This document shows positions 45,486-59,462 of a DNA stretch of 64,000 bases, one piece after another. This DNA comes from the human T2T-CHM13v2.0 reference genome, Homo sapiens: NCBI RefSeq assembly GCF_009914755.1, contig NC_060928.1, one strand, 5' to 3'. A model generated the notes under the pieces. That model did no database searches. It was not told the origin of the DNA and saw only the letters and a program-made list of their open reading frames with translations. Position numbers and translations under genes: made by a program. Position 1 is the first letter of the stretch; the number at the start of each line of letters is the position of its first letter.

Positions 45486-46099
45486 TCCAGGACAAACCAG
45501 TCAATGCCCAAGTGAGGGCCAAGCCCTTTCAGAGAATCTTTAGGCCTCAGTGCAGAGGCGGCCCTGTTGGATGGCAGACTACTTTACTTCCCTGCCCTCT
45601 CCCCATGTGTCAGAGAGGCTGACTGGATCCACATGCTGGCAACGCTAAGATCAATAGTGATGCAGACCATCCTACAATGACGAGCCGCAACAATCAATTA
45701 CTCGTTGTCAGCATTTTGCATTAGAAAACAGAGTTAATGGGGTCCTTGGGCCAAGGGACCTGGTGTTGAAGAGGCACAGGAAACATTCATGAGACAAGTT
45801 GGAACTATGATAGTTATGTAAGTTAAGAAGAGGCAGAAGCTAGGAAGAAACAAGCCACGAGGCAGAAAAACAATAGCAGAATACACAAAGAGAACGAAAC
45901 CATCCCAACATTTCTAAAATTATAGTATATACACCATTTGTATATAGTATATAGTATATACACCATTTGCTACCAAACCAGATGACCCTAGTGGTATACA
46001 CCATGGCAGGGTACATTCAGCCTGCCTGGCTTTTTTTTATCTGTGGTTTGCAGTCTTGACTCATCTCTAAAGTTCATTCAAATAGAGTAATTTCTACTC

Positions 46100-46267
46100 T
46101 GTGCAGCCTTGGCTGCACATTGGAATCACCTCGCGTGTCTTTGAAACTACTGATGCTCAAGCCTTACCACAAAGCTCTTAATCTCTGGGGGTGGCTTACA
46201 GGCATGAGTACATTGTTTTTAATCATCCAGCTGACTCTAATATGCAGTTAAGGCTGGAACCTGCTGC
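46100..46267. mobile_element. MER5B
   Basis: ccttggctgcacattggaatcacct...tactgatgc...tgactctaatatgcag. Confidence 0.8.
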
Positions 46268-46384
46268 TAGGAGAAAGAAGACAGAGAGGAACCTTCATTA
46301 AATTCCTTCCCCTCCATCAAGATGAAGATGGAAGTGAGCCATAGGCCAAGGATGCCATTGTACTCATTTTTCCTGTTTAGTAAG

Positions 46385-46558
46385 GCAAATGTACCACATT
46401 TCTTTCCATATATGGTAATAAAAATGTAGTGTCCTTTAAAAATTATTTTGTTAAGGTGAAAACAAAAAGTGAGTTACTTTTTAAAAAATATTAAGTGACT
46501 AATAGAGCAGTTGGTCATCTGACATGGCAAAAATTGTGGTGGTGGAATGCAGATGAAT
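46385..46558. mobile_element. MER113-like hAT fragment
   Basis: aaaaatattaagt...atggcaaaaattgtggtggtgg. Confidence 0.55.
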
Positions 46559-47194
46559 TATATACAGATGTATATATATACAGACGGAATGCAGATGTAA
46601 TATATACAGCATATGCAAATGTGCATTTTTAAAGTTTAAAAAGATGTATGGTGGCTCCTTCCATTTCTGAGACTACTCTGATGATGGGCTGATCATATAA
46701 GATCTAGTTTGAATTCTAGAATGACACTTCTGCACATAGTCTACAGTAGAAACATTGTTCTCCCGGATTAAAAAGGAAGCTAGACAAATCCTATATGAGC
46801 ACCTATCATGCATGCACACACACATTATAAAACAAATATAAGCGTAACTAGCCTGCTGTATCCAATTGAATAAACAATGAATAGGTAAAAGTTAGTTTCT
46901 TACCTGTTTGAAAGATTTTATGGAACAAGAATAAAATGAATAGCAACCACAAAAGGGGTAAAACAGATTTAGTGAATAAAATGGGTTTGGGGACAAGACT
47001 TCAAGGAGGGTCATAGACTTAGGGTAACAGATGAGTGTGCAAATGAGGAGATGCTCTGCTTGACTAAAGAAAGAATGGGAGAAAATAGCACTGAATAAGG
47101 AGACATTCATTGGTAGGTGCCTATGTAACATCCATGACTCAGATTTTCAATATGCTTCAAGAGTTAGTTGGGAAAAATATTAGAATGTAAAAAT

Positions 47195-47420
47195 ATCATT
47201 ACTTTGTAGCTAACATGTATTTAAAACTATGTTTAAGGCATATTTCTGAGTACTTTCTACCCTGTGACTCATTTATTCCTCCCAGCACATCCACAAAGCA
47301 AGGGGGAACTTGTGCCACAATATGCAGAGGAAGAAATGGAAGCCCAGAGATATTAAGTATTTTGTCCAAGGTTGGTACTTGTTAAGGCTTGGATTTAAAC
47401 ACAGACCTTAATCCTTAGGC
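47195..47420 (-). mobile_element. MIR
   Basis: gcagaggaagaaatggaagcccagagatattaagtattttgtccaagg. Confidence 0.65.
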
Positions 47421-49464
47421 TATAGTATAAGTATTATAAATATTTTTGAATAGTCTAATGGATGTGAAGGAGAAAGAGAAATCAAGTGGCCTCATTAATC
47501 CATTTCTCTAATCTTCAAATTTCTGTTTTGCAAGAGTTAAATTTTTTTTCTCATTAGAGTTGATACAGTAAAAATATGTGAGAAGAAAAATTTGGAAAAG
47601 AGCCTAGAAGTGGTGAAAACCCCACTATAGGAATTTAGAGAATCTGAGGTGTTGCAATGATTAGAAATGTGTGTTTTATAAAGCATATTAAAACTGAAGA
47701 TGTTTATTGTTTAGTTATATATTTACACTTTAAATTGATAAATGCATCAAAACACCGGCATGAAGCACTGTTTAAACACACTCCTAAAAACTTTCAAAGA
47801 CCATGTCTTGTATGAAAATATGTAACTAAATATTTGTATTGTAAAGAAAAAAAAGGCTAAAAAAAGTTGCCAATCAATTTCAAATCAGTTTATCTTTTCC
47901 AAATGCTTCATAATCATGTCTTAAGGGAAAATATGTGCTTAATAAAATTCATTTTCCTAAAGGACCTAGAGGATGAGGAGGGTGGAGGAGTTGGCTCTTA
48001 CAGCAGAGGAAACATCGATTTAGTAGAAAGACACCCACAATGATTGGAAGTATTGTTAGGGTAGAACTCTTTAAGATTGGGGATGATACCCACCTTCTTG
48101 ACTAAAGACATGGAAAGATAAAGTACAGGGAAAGAGCTTTCTAGCTTAAGCATCTATGATTATTTCTGAGTTCTGTCTTCATTAATCTAATCTGATCTCA
48201 TTGATCTTGTCTAAGGTTTTGATTACATTTTATTGAGTAGAAAATAAGTGTCTAGAAACATTTTTCAAATCATATATATTTTTGCTAATTTGCATCTTTG
48301 TGTCAATGGAAACATACAAAGATTCAGAATCTCTCTTCTCTTTTTTGAGTGAAGGGTAAATTTCCAGATATTTTTATTCTGGGTAGTAGAAACTTTAAAA
48401 AATAAATGAAAGACAGAGAACAGACATCCTCCAAGATACTATTTTGTATGATTTTGGATGATTCCAATTACAGCGTCAAGCTCGAATTTATCTCTCCATA
48501 CTGAAAAGACATGTGCTTTTGGAAACCTCTATAATAATATGCTACATATAATCACAATTACATAATTATTCAATAAAAAATGATTACTTAAGTAACATTA
48601 CTGGTTAACTCTGGTAATTACCTGTACGTAGATGTGGGTAAACAGGAATTTTTACCATAGCAGACAATTCTGTTTGGAAATATTTTTATGATGAAATTGT
48701 GGCAGTCCTGACCCAAGAAAACAAAAACTGCTCAAAACTTAAAAGGCACAGCTTTGATTGCTTCGTCTATGAATAAACTTTCCAGAATGCTTTTCAGATT
48801 TGGAAAGAACAATGTTGCAAGCTAACGAATCAAAGACAAATTGCTGACAATTTGTGTTGGGTTCATAAATAATTCAGCAGGATTTTTTAGGCTTGTCTGA
48901 AACTTTAAACAGGAGAGTGTCTAAATGAAAATAAAGTTGGGGAGCTAGATATGTGCACAAGAAAAATCATGCTTGCCTTAACTAATAATAGGGTTATATT
49001 AGCCAAGTTAGATTCTCTGGAATCACTGTCTCCCAGAAACTGGAACTGGAACAAGAACAGAGACATGGAGGGAGAGAGAGAGCCCAGAGCTCTTCACTGA
49101 AGAAACATCATACTTATACCCAACTCTGACAAGCAACTCCCTCCAAAAATATTTAAATTGTATAGGTTTCACCATAGGTTGTATGATCTACTTTGCTGAT
49201 TTAGTTGAATGAGGCAACTAAGCTATTCAAGAAATTTTTCAAGAAAAGAAAGAAATACAAGCTCATCAATTTAGTGAAAAATAAGTCAAATGATTTGACT
49301 GAATAGATCTTCTGTTAGTCAAAGAGGGCTCAAATTGTTGGCTGGGGAGATAGACATAGCCAAAGAACAACTGGGGCAATTCCATACACAATTTCCCTAA
49401 TGTTCTACTGATGAGTTAACATTATGAACATTACCTAGTTTACAACAGAAGTCAAATCAAAGGA

Positions 49465-49712
49465 AGATAGATAGATATAGATAGATCGATCGATCGATCT
49501 GCCTTTGGCATATATATATATGTATATGTATATGTATATGTATATATACATGTATGTGTGTGTCTATATATTGACTATATATTCTATATGTAAATATATT
49601 CTAAATGAGAATAAAGTTGGAGAGCTAGATATATACACAAGTAAAAGCATGCTTGCCTTAACTAATAATAGGGCTATATTAGCCAAATTAGATTATACAT
49701 ATACACACATAC
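49465..49712. repeat. Compound (GATA)/(GATC)/(TA)/(TATATG) microsatellite containing a 95-bp copied insert
   Basis: Directly visible; insert at 49600-49694. Confidence 0.85.
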
Positions 49713-51699
49713 AGAAAATAAAATATTGATGGTGATTATATGTTAAGAATGAACTCATTCAGTGGAAAACTTTATAAACTTTTAAAATTATTTTTCTGCT
49801 TTATTTTGCTTTTTATATAAAAACTTGCCTCGTAAAATCTTGCTCAAAATTGAGTTCTGTGTACTTTTCTCTTTGCTTCTAAACTTGTTAAAGAGATGTA
49901 ATGCTCTACCTGTAACTGTCAATATAGATCAATGCACAGTATACAATAGAATGAATTTTATTGATCTAATATTGGCCTATTTTTCTTATATGCATCTTTG
50001 TCCTCCGATCTATCACAGTGCTGCTAATTTCTTGGAATTTTTCAGCTAAAAATGCACAATAATCTATACTTTTAATGAGAATATTTCTTTGTAATGAATA
50101 AATGAACGTTAAAAATAAGCTAAGTATACCAAGAAGCAAATAAATCAAATTAAATTTGGCTGAAAAGAAGTTTATAAAATTGACATTCACCCCTAAACTA
50201 GCCTTTAAATTACTAAAAAAGACATAAATGCAAACATCACGTAGAGTGAATAACCAACACTGAGTGTCAGTTCTTTCTAGCTGTTTAGGTATGTGGCAAT
50301 GAAATGACCCATGGATAAGAAAAATACACACGTTGGTTCTGTAATGTGCACTAAATAATCTGAAGCAGGGGCAGCCACACAAGTTCTAACACTTGTGTGA
50401 ACACACAGGGATTCCACGGAAAGGGGGTTAAGAAGGCACAAGGGGATAGACTAATCTTTGGGGGAAAATAAAAAAAAATAAAAGAATAAGGTTTAAAATT
50501 CTCCAGATACCAGCAAATGAACTTCATCCCTCGCCTCCGTATCCCCCCAAGGAACAAAAGCCAAATAAAGGTTGTCTTTGTCTTACCACTAAATACAGGT
50601 ATGAATCCCAGAAGATAAAGAAAACCAACAAAAGCTTAACTGAGATGTTAAGGATATTCAGCTTTCCCTTTGATAGTAGAATATTAATTTATTTAAACTT
50701 ATTTTAAAGAAAAACTAATGCCTGGTTAAAAGGTAGTTATTTATAGGAAATTTTTTCATGTTGGTGGGTGAATAATAAAACTTTGATGGAAGATTTAATG
50801 TTTAATTTTTCCAATGCTGTACATTATTTAGTTTTCCAAAGTTTTGAATTATGATGGCAATGTTTTTAGACAGGTCTGATTTTGTAAAATTGATGTTCAG
50901 TAATGATGATGCCAGATTTAAACTTAGCTTGAAAAGGAAATCTGTGTGTAGTAGAAGTCTGGAGCAAGATCAGATTCGATTCACGAAATGTGTTACACAT
51001 TAATAATGATGACCTGTTTGTTACAGTGCTTTATAGCGTTCAAAAGTTGTCACATTTGTTATCTTCTATGCTGCTCACAAACTCTGTTACATTAGAAAAG
51101 TGAATTATTTCCATCTTACAAATGAATGAACAGGTTCAAAGAGGCTAAGTGGCTTTTCTCCCTTCTCTGGTATCTCTTTATAGAGTCCAGTGGCCTGTGG
51201 TTTAGTGTAGGGACATGGACAGGAGGCATGGATCTTCTGTGTCACCAGTCAGGCCTCTGGCCTACCTTTGTCCTTTGGAAGCCACTGTGGGTTACAGTCC
51301 TGTTAATTGGCCTGTATTGTGAGGGTCATCATGGAGTGGAGTAAGGAACATAGGAACAGTCTGAGCTTAGATAAGGTGGTACTGCTTAGAACCTAGACAC
51401 AGATATATGGATACCATGAGGCCAGAGGATTCAGTCTGAAACACACAAATTGAAATAGAGAGATTGTGATCAGGTCAGAATGGAAAGCATGAATCTGAAA
51501 CAGAATGAGGAGAAACTGTACATTAGATGTAAGAGAGTTTTAGCTTTTGATAGTTTAACCTCCTGAATAGAATTATTATGTGTTAATTCCATCTGGAAAA
51601 CACACAGTCATGCCTGGTCTTCTAACCATAGTGTCCGTGGTATGCTTGTTTACATTAGGAAAAAGAAAGCTTTGGGTTGAAAATGCTTGGTTATTTGAA

Positions 51700-51885
51700 A
51701 AACTTTTCATTATGAAAAATGTCAAACATAAACAAAAATAGATCTACTAATATTAAAAATATCTGTGTACCTGTGACCCAGCTTCAACAACTACCAAGTC
51801 ATGACCAAACTTGTTTCAGTTATACCTCCACCCACTTCTTTACCTCCTGTAAATATTTCAGTATGTATCTGTAGAACATATGCCT
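51700..51885 (-). mobile_element. L1MC-type 3' end fragment
   Basis: ttattatgaaaaatgtcaaacata-like start, acccagcttcaacaa, cttgtttcagttatacctcc. Confidence 0.6.
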
Positions 51886-52129
51886 TTTTATTGAGTGTTG
51901 CACACTGTATTAAAAAATCCAAAGATAATTGAAGTCTAAGATAAATTTCTACAGAGAGGTTTTATGTTTGCTTCTGAAGAAACAGATTTAGACAGGAAAG
52001 GTGGCTTTTCCATGATTATAGAGTTGGAATTTAAACTCCAGTCCTTTGACTTCAAGTCTAATCCTCTATTATATGAGATTGTTTGAAAAAGAAAGAAAAC
52101 TTGCATTTATTCTAGATTCATGATCTGTT

Positions 52130-52350
52130 GTAGCCACTGGGCTAAGTGCTATATGTACTTTACCCATCATATATGTCTTTTTGGAAATGGTGAGTGATTA
52201 AATAAAGTACACTTTATCCTCAGTAACCCTGTGATGCAGGTAATTTCCTATTTTATTTTTATTTATTTATTTATTTATTATTATTATTTTTTTGATAAGG
52301 AACTCTCAGAGAAGTTAGGTAAATTGCCCATGGTTACAGGGCTACTAAGT
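52130..52350 (-). mobile_element. MIR fragments split by a (TTTA)n tract
   Basis: cactgggctaagtgct, atcctcagtaaccctgtga, cagagaagttaggtaaattgccca. Confidence 0.6.
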
Positions 52351-52449
52351 TACCACTTAAGGTTAACAGTCTACCTTAAAGCCTATTATTTCCATTAATG
52401 ATTATAATAGTGTTTTCTAAAAAAAAAAAGCCTGTAAAAATACATTTCT

Positions 52450-52795
<346 letters not shown>

Positions 52796-53254
52796 TTATA
52801 CTATTTCTATGAAAAAGTGTGTACGTATTCTAATCTTGAAACAGTTCTCCTACAAACAGAATTTTAGGATATGAATCACAGTAAACTGAAATACCAACAT
52901 TGAGACAGAGGCACAGGAGGTCACTGTGGCCACTGCAGGCAGGCCGGAAGTTGCCATTCACTTAATGTAATAGATTCTACCTTGTCTTTTCCAGCCTAAC
53001 TTGCTTTCTGCTAAACTCATGGTTTCATTGTACGTAACAATTAATTTTTAAAAAGTCATTTTTATTGTTATCTTTTAAAAAATGATTTAGAGAACTATCC
53101 AATTCCTCTGAAATGAGATCTCACCAAGGGCATTCTTGATGAACCCATCATGTTAAACTTGTTTGAGCCATGGACCAGGTATTTTGCCTAATAAGGCGCA
53201 AAGCATGATTTACTGAACAACTATGCATCTGTGTCATATCTCAAAAAGGTTGAG

Positions 53255-53472
53255 TGGCTCTGGAATCAAATTGCCTTGTATTTGATTCTCAGATAAGCTA
53301 CTTGCTAGTTGCATGGTTTTTGATAGATTATTCAACATCTCTTTCTTCAGTTTCCTCTTCTGAAAAATGGAAATGATGGAAAGAATGTCTACTTCATAGT
53401 GTTTTAGTAAAGGATTGCATAAAATAATCCACATAAATAATTTAATAAATGCATTTTAATATTAGCTATTAT
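53255..53472 (+). mobile_element. MIR
   Basis: ggctctggaatcaaattgcc...tcagtttcctcttctgaaaaatgg...ttagctattatt. Confidence 0.8.
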
Positions 53473-53719
53473 TTGGGAGATTTTTGGAGATACAAGCAAA
53501 ATTCTATACGTGCAGAACTTAAACACATTCTAACTTACTCCTTTCCAGATCTAATGAGGTCCCGTCCTTTAGCCTCTTCCTGCTTCCTGGGCCAGGAAGG
53601 ATTAGCTATTGACCTAGATGCACACATCATTTTTGAGGGATACTCCGGGTACTCCAGGGTCTGCTGGCATCTCTCATTCATGCATTCCCTCAGAGTTGGT
53701 TCTCATTTTGTTTCTCTAT

Positions 53720-55545
53720 AATTGTACTGGCGTATCATGTTCATATCATATAATTTACCCATTTTAAATATTCACTTCAGTGATTTTTAATAAATTTATC
53801 AAGTTGTAAAACCACAACAATATCCAGTTTTAGGACACTTTCATCACCCTAATATGATCCTCTGTACTCATTGTCAGCTAATCACTGTTCCCACACAAGT
53901 CTCAGGCAAACACTAATTTACTTTCTTAGGTGGATTTGCCTATTCTAGGTATTTCATTTAAGGGCAATAATACAATAATACAACATATGGTCTTTTTATC
54001 TGTCTTCGTTCATGTAGCATAATGTTTTCAAGGCTCACCCACTTCATAGCACGTATCAGTACTTAATTCCTTTTTATGGTTGAATAATATTCCATTGTAT
54101 GGCTATACCATGTTTTGTTTAATCATTCATCAGTTGAAGGGCATTTGAGCTATTTCTGCTTTTTGGCTATTATGAGTAATGCAGCAATAAATATTCATGT
54201 GTAAGTTTTTGTGTGAATATATATTTTCAATTCTCTTGTGCATATACTTAGAAGTAGAATTGCTAAGTCTTATGGTAACTCTATGTTTAACCTTTCAGGA
54301 ACTACCAAGTTATTTTCCAAAGTGGTTGTGTCATTTTACATTTTTTTCTAAGATATAGGGTATTATTGTGTCATTCAGGCTGGAATGCAGTGGCGGGATT
54401 GTTCCTCACTACAACCTAGACTCCTGGGCTTAAGAGATCCTCCTGATCTAGCCTCCCCAGTAGCTGGGACTACAGGGTTGTGCCACTGTGCCCCGGTAAT
54501 TTTTTTAAAAAATTTTTGTAGAGTCAGTGTCTTGCTATGTTTTCCAGGCTAGTCTTGAACTGCTGATCTCAAGCAATCCTGTTGCCTCTCCCTCCCAAGG
54601 TGCTGGAATTACAAGAGTGAGTCACTGCACCCAGACTCACTTTATATTCTTACCATCAGTGTACAAGCATTCCAGTTTCCCTACATCCTCATCAACACTT
54701 GGTATTGTCCTATTTTTAAATTATAATTAGTAGATATATAGTATATTATTGTGGATTTGATTTGCATTTCTCTTACATCTAATGATGTTGAGCATTGTAT
54801 CATGTGCTTATTGGCCATTTTTACATTTTTTTGGAAAAATATCTATTTAAATCCTCTGCCCATTTCTAAAAATTGGGTTGTAAGGGTTCTTTATATGTTC
54901 TGGGTACCATTAGTAGATCCTTATCAGATATATTACTTGAAAATATTTTCTCTCATTCTGTGGGTTATCTTTTCACAAAGAACTTCATAGCATTTTTTAA
55001 TTTTTAATTTTAATTTTTAATTTAATTTTACTTTTTTATTCTTTAGTACACTCACAGACAAGCAAAGACTTAATACTGTTTTTAATTTTGCCAAAGTCTA
55101 TTTATTTTTTAGGTGTCATATCTAAGAAGCCATTACCTAATTTGAGAACACAAGTATTTACACATAAACTTTCTCCTACAGGTTTTATAGTTTTAACTAT
55201 AACATCTAGCTGTTTGATCCATTTTGAATTAATTTTACATATTGTGTGAGGCAGGAATCTAACTTTATTCTTTTGCATGTGGATATTCAGTTGCCCTTGG
55301 AATTTTATTGGCACCCTTGTCTAAAATTAATTGACCATAAAGGTATGGGTTTATTTCTAACTCTAATCCATTTTGAGTTAATTTTTGTGTATAGCATGAG
55401 ATAAGTTTACCTTTTTGCATATGGCCATCCAAATGTCCTGGTGAAGTTGCTTTGGCACCTTTGTTGGCAATCAATAGATTTTAAATATAAGAGTTTATTT
55501 CTGGACTCTCAATTCTGTTTTATTAATGTATATGTTTATTTTGAG
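53720..55545 (-). mobile_element. L1MB-type 3' end and ORF2 remnant
   Basis: acccattttaaat, tagcataatgttttcaagg, ttgaataatattccattgtatgg, tttgcatttctcttacatctaatgatgttgagca. Confidence 0.88.
54343..54636 (-). mobile_element. AluJ nested in L1MB
   Basis: ctcctgggcttaag, tcttgctatgtt, ctcaagcaatcc; TSD tcattttacatt / tcactttatatt. Confidence 0.88.
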
Positions 55546-56684
55546 GGGTTGGTTATTTTAAAATTTTGTCAGTAGGCGTGTATGAAGAGAAAACATGTGT
55601 TACTCACATTGACAGCTAATGTCACATTTTCCCCTGGTGAAAATAAAGGAAGGAGAAATTAAACTAAAAAATAAAAATAAAGTGAATCACAGGCTAAACT
55701 AAATGACACACTACTGGAAGAAGAAACCTGGAAATTATAAGAACTAAATATAAAGTTTAGCTGGCAGAGTATATTACAGTGGGAATCTCCAGCTGATAGC
55801 TTACATTTTTGCTAAATGAAGAAAGGAGATTGATGATAAACATTTCAAAAAATAAAAGGTACAAGGTCAGGGTTTAGCATAGGGACTACATCAGTACTAA
55901 TACTAGATTGTGTCACCAGCTACGCCCCTGAAATTGATTTTCCTGCCACAAAATACAACATCTTTATTATTCCCTTGGCAGTGGGCTAAATTAGAGAGCA
56001 GGGGAAAGGAAAGAATTGTTGACAGATTTCTACATGCAGTCAATGGTAGCCAGTGTCCCAGGAAGGAGGACTCACGGAACATTACCATTCTTGATGCAAT
56101 GCACATGTTGTACTCAGGAAGGAATGCAGAGAAAACTCTTGACAGTCAAAATAGGATTTGCATATACTGCCTTAGCTGATGGACAGTAGTCTCCTTAGTC
56201 TCCTATACCCGTCTTGGGCATTTAGCTGTACTTGTGGTCAACCTTAAGAAGTTCTGCCTAAGGGACAAGGGAGGCTTAGAAAAAAACAAAACAAAACAAA
56301 ACAAAAACCTGAAGAAAATGCAGCAGGAACAATGCTCATATGCTCCTCTTAAACAGATCTGTTCTGATTCAGAAAATATTGGGAGAAACAGCTGTAGAGG
56401 ATATGGAGAGATAGATCCCATTTCTGCCAGTCCTGGTTCCATTTCTAGTCATTTTATTTAATGATGTTACATATATAGAGAATAAACATACTAGAAAATG
56501 CCAGTTGTATCTAGAAACATTTAGTTCAGTAGCAGAAAGCAATAAATAAGGAAGAGGTGCATTCTATACACTGAAGGTCAAGATAATGACATTTGCTCCC
56601 ATACAGAGCAGAAGAGTTCCCAAGAGCTTTGTGACTGCTTAACAAACAGACTACTTTTTAAAAACACTAAACAAACTTCTAGAG

Positions 56685-56955
56685 GCAGAAGAGTGGAGTT
56701 GTTCAGAGAATGTGCATCAGGGCAAGAGTCCCTGGTTGTGAATTTCAGATCTGCCACTGACTAGCTGTGTGAACTTGAGCAAAGAATTTAAGCTCTCTGG
56801 GTTTTCATGGCCTCTTCTGTAAAAAGAATTAATATTGTAACTACTTCACAGAGTTGTAGTAAAGATTAAATGAATCATTATGCATAAAGAACTTATGAAT
56901 AACTGGAAATGACTATGTACTAGGTAGAAGCCTGCTGATACAATACTGTTTACCA
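56685..56955 (+). mobile_element. MIR
   Basis: tctgccactgactagctgtgtgaacttgagcaag...cttcacagagttgtagtaaagattaaatga. Confidence 0.85.
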
Positions 56956-58924
56956 TGTTTTATTATACATACTCTTCAATTCCAACTGAAAAACTAGGGT
57001 GTCATTTAAAACATAAAACTCCATGCTTCTCACTTTTCTAAAAAAGTTAGTATATAAAGTAGTATTAATATTATTTGATTATAGGTAGTAAGAAATCTAA
57101 TTTGATCTTTAATGAGGTATTAAACATGCTAATTACATGGTGTTCTTGATTCATAATAAAACTGGCACTTCTGAAATGAGGAATAAAAATCAAATAACAA
57201 CCCTTCAAAATGAAAAATAATCTATATTCTTTTAATAATATAGATATAGATGATACATATTATTTTTGAAATGTGTGCATACAAATGACTATTTTTATTA
57301 AACAGTTTTTACTCAAGTAAATAGAACAGAGAAAGTCAAGTTTATATTATTTTAATGACAGATGCATTGTTGAAAAGTTAGGTACATGCAGAATATTTGA
57401 AAATTTAGGAGTGTTAACCATCCCTTTTGTGAAATGAAAAATTCTTATTGTAATGTGAATTACCTTGCAAATTTGATTTGTATACCTATGAGTTTAAAAT
57501 TTAAAGTAAAATCAGAATATACTTACGTAAATGTAGGTTAATGTACAGTAGCACTTTCAGTTTATAGATGCGTTAGCATCTCTAGATGGTTAGGAGATCA
57601 ATGTTTCTTTTCTTTGTGGTCATTAAAGCCTTTGGATATGCTACATGAGAAATAGATGCCCTCCCAGGCTGTGGCCAAGATTAAGGTCAAGGTATTACAT
57701 GGGACTACACAAGGTGGTCTGTGGAATTTGGACTAAAGAAATTCTATCCTCTTTTTATGTAGCCTAGAGACAGGCTGTCAATGGTTCTCTCGTAAGATGA
57801 TCCCATTTCATTTAAGTGAATGCAACTGAGGTCTTCACAACTCTGTCTCAGTTTTAACTTTACCTACAGTTTAGTCTTTCAATTTCACACTCAGTTTTTG
57901 TCTTCTTGTCTTATCTAAATCTACAGAATTCCGTGTTTCATAATGCTTCTTAAGGTGATTTCAGCCTCTTTGCTTTTTTCCTCAATTCCTATCTCCCTAT
58001 TTATTTCAGTAAAATCAATTTGTACTCACCACCCTCCTAAACCTGGCTGCTATAGTTTCTCCAGCTATCCTGTCAGAGTTTTATGGTTTGTTTGCACCTG
58101 AGGTATGTAATGCTACACTGTTCACAGTGATTACCAAGCAATGACATGTTGTTAGCCCCCAAGGGAATTCCTATATTCACAAACACACTCATTCAAGAAG
58201 GTCATCCTGAAGACATCTGTCTTCCTTTCTGACCTGCTGCCGAAAAGCAACAGCTGTTCGGCCATACTTAGCTCATATTGTATCCATTGTCTACCACAAT
58301 CACTACATTCCAAGAAATCCCATGCTTCTTACAGGGTGCTATAATTGTTCTGAGATGCCAGCCTCACCAGCTGGATCTATTTGTGGGCAGAATAATTCTC
58401 CCTGAGGAGTTGCTGTTCCCCACAGTCCCGCTCCCAGGAATGCTATCACCTGGAGAGAATATACACCACCAATAACAAGCACTTCACTCTATGATATCCC
58501 CGGTCACCCTTGCCCGTAGTGCCCATAAGAGTTCATGCTGTCCTTCCAGCAGCTCTTCATTCTCAGGGCCCAAAGGAATCAATCCCCAAAGCCACACTTG
58601 ATGTGCAGTGCCCACCAAAAGCTCCATTCTTATCATTCACTGTCTAAGGCAAACAGATGTGTTAGCTTACTAATATGCCTACCTACTGTGCCTCATGCTA
58701 CTTTGGCTCACAATCTGCTTGCCTGCGTAGCATCCTCTTCCTCTCCCCATTCCTCCCCATTTGCCTCAGCTTAGTCATCCTTCAAAATCAAATTCAAGTC
58801 TCACCACCTTCATGGACACTGCCTCCAACAGACCCAGCCCTGTGAGATTTAGCCCACTGTCATTTTCCTTTAAGACTTTCTTTTTCTACCACTGATTGGA
58901 TCATTATCATACTTTTTTTCTTTA

Positions 58925-59040
58925 GAAGTCCAGTATTTTAGAGTTGGAAGGGAGCTTCCATAATAATTAAGCGGTTTGCTCTTTCATATAAGTGATTAAC
59001 TAAGGCCCAGAGAATTGGAGTGACTTTTGCAAGGGCCCAG
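58925..59040 (-). mobile_element. MIR fragment
   Basis: ttttagagttggaaggga...aactaaggcccagaga...gtgactt. Confidence 0.6.
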
Positions 59041-59462
59041 CCTCACTTCTTCGGAACCTCCTCTGAAAAGATTTGAAACTGTGCTCTTCTAGGGCTGGGG
59101 TCTTGATGTTGAAGAATATGGCACTGGCCTAAAACTTTAAAGTGCAGAGAAAATGGAACCCAAGTCTGATTCCTGGTTAAAGGAAGGCTCAGGAAGACCA
59201 AAACTTTCAATTCCAAGGGAGGAGGCCAAGACCAACAATCAGCCACCAAAGAAAGTTCTAACCACTAACCATAGGAAGCAATCCCATTTGAGTGGCTAGT
59301 TTTAGAAGCTAAACCAGGGACCATTTACTGTGGCAATGATATCCAAGGGCATTAGAAACCTTGGATACCATTAGAAAATATAGTAATTAGAGAATAAGAC
59401 CTTAGGGAAGAAGCTACTGGGAAATGCACACCAGTTCATATGTAAGGCTGATATAGTGGCAG

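Noticed and set aside
49483-49500. (GATC)4 palindrome
   Set aside because: Simple slippage derivative of the adjacent GATA repeat
49966-50382. 138-aa minus-strand ORF
   Set aside because: Composition typical of AT-rich non-coding DNA; no domain or splice support
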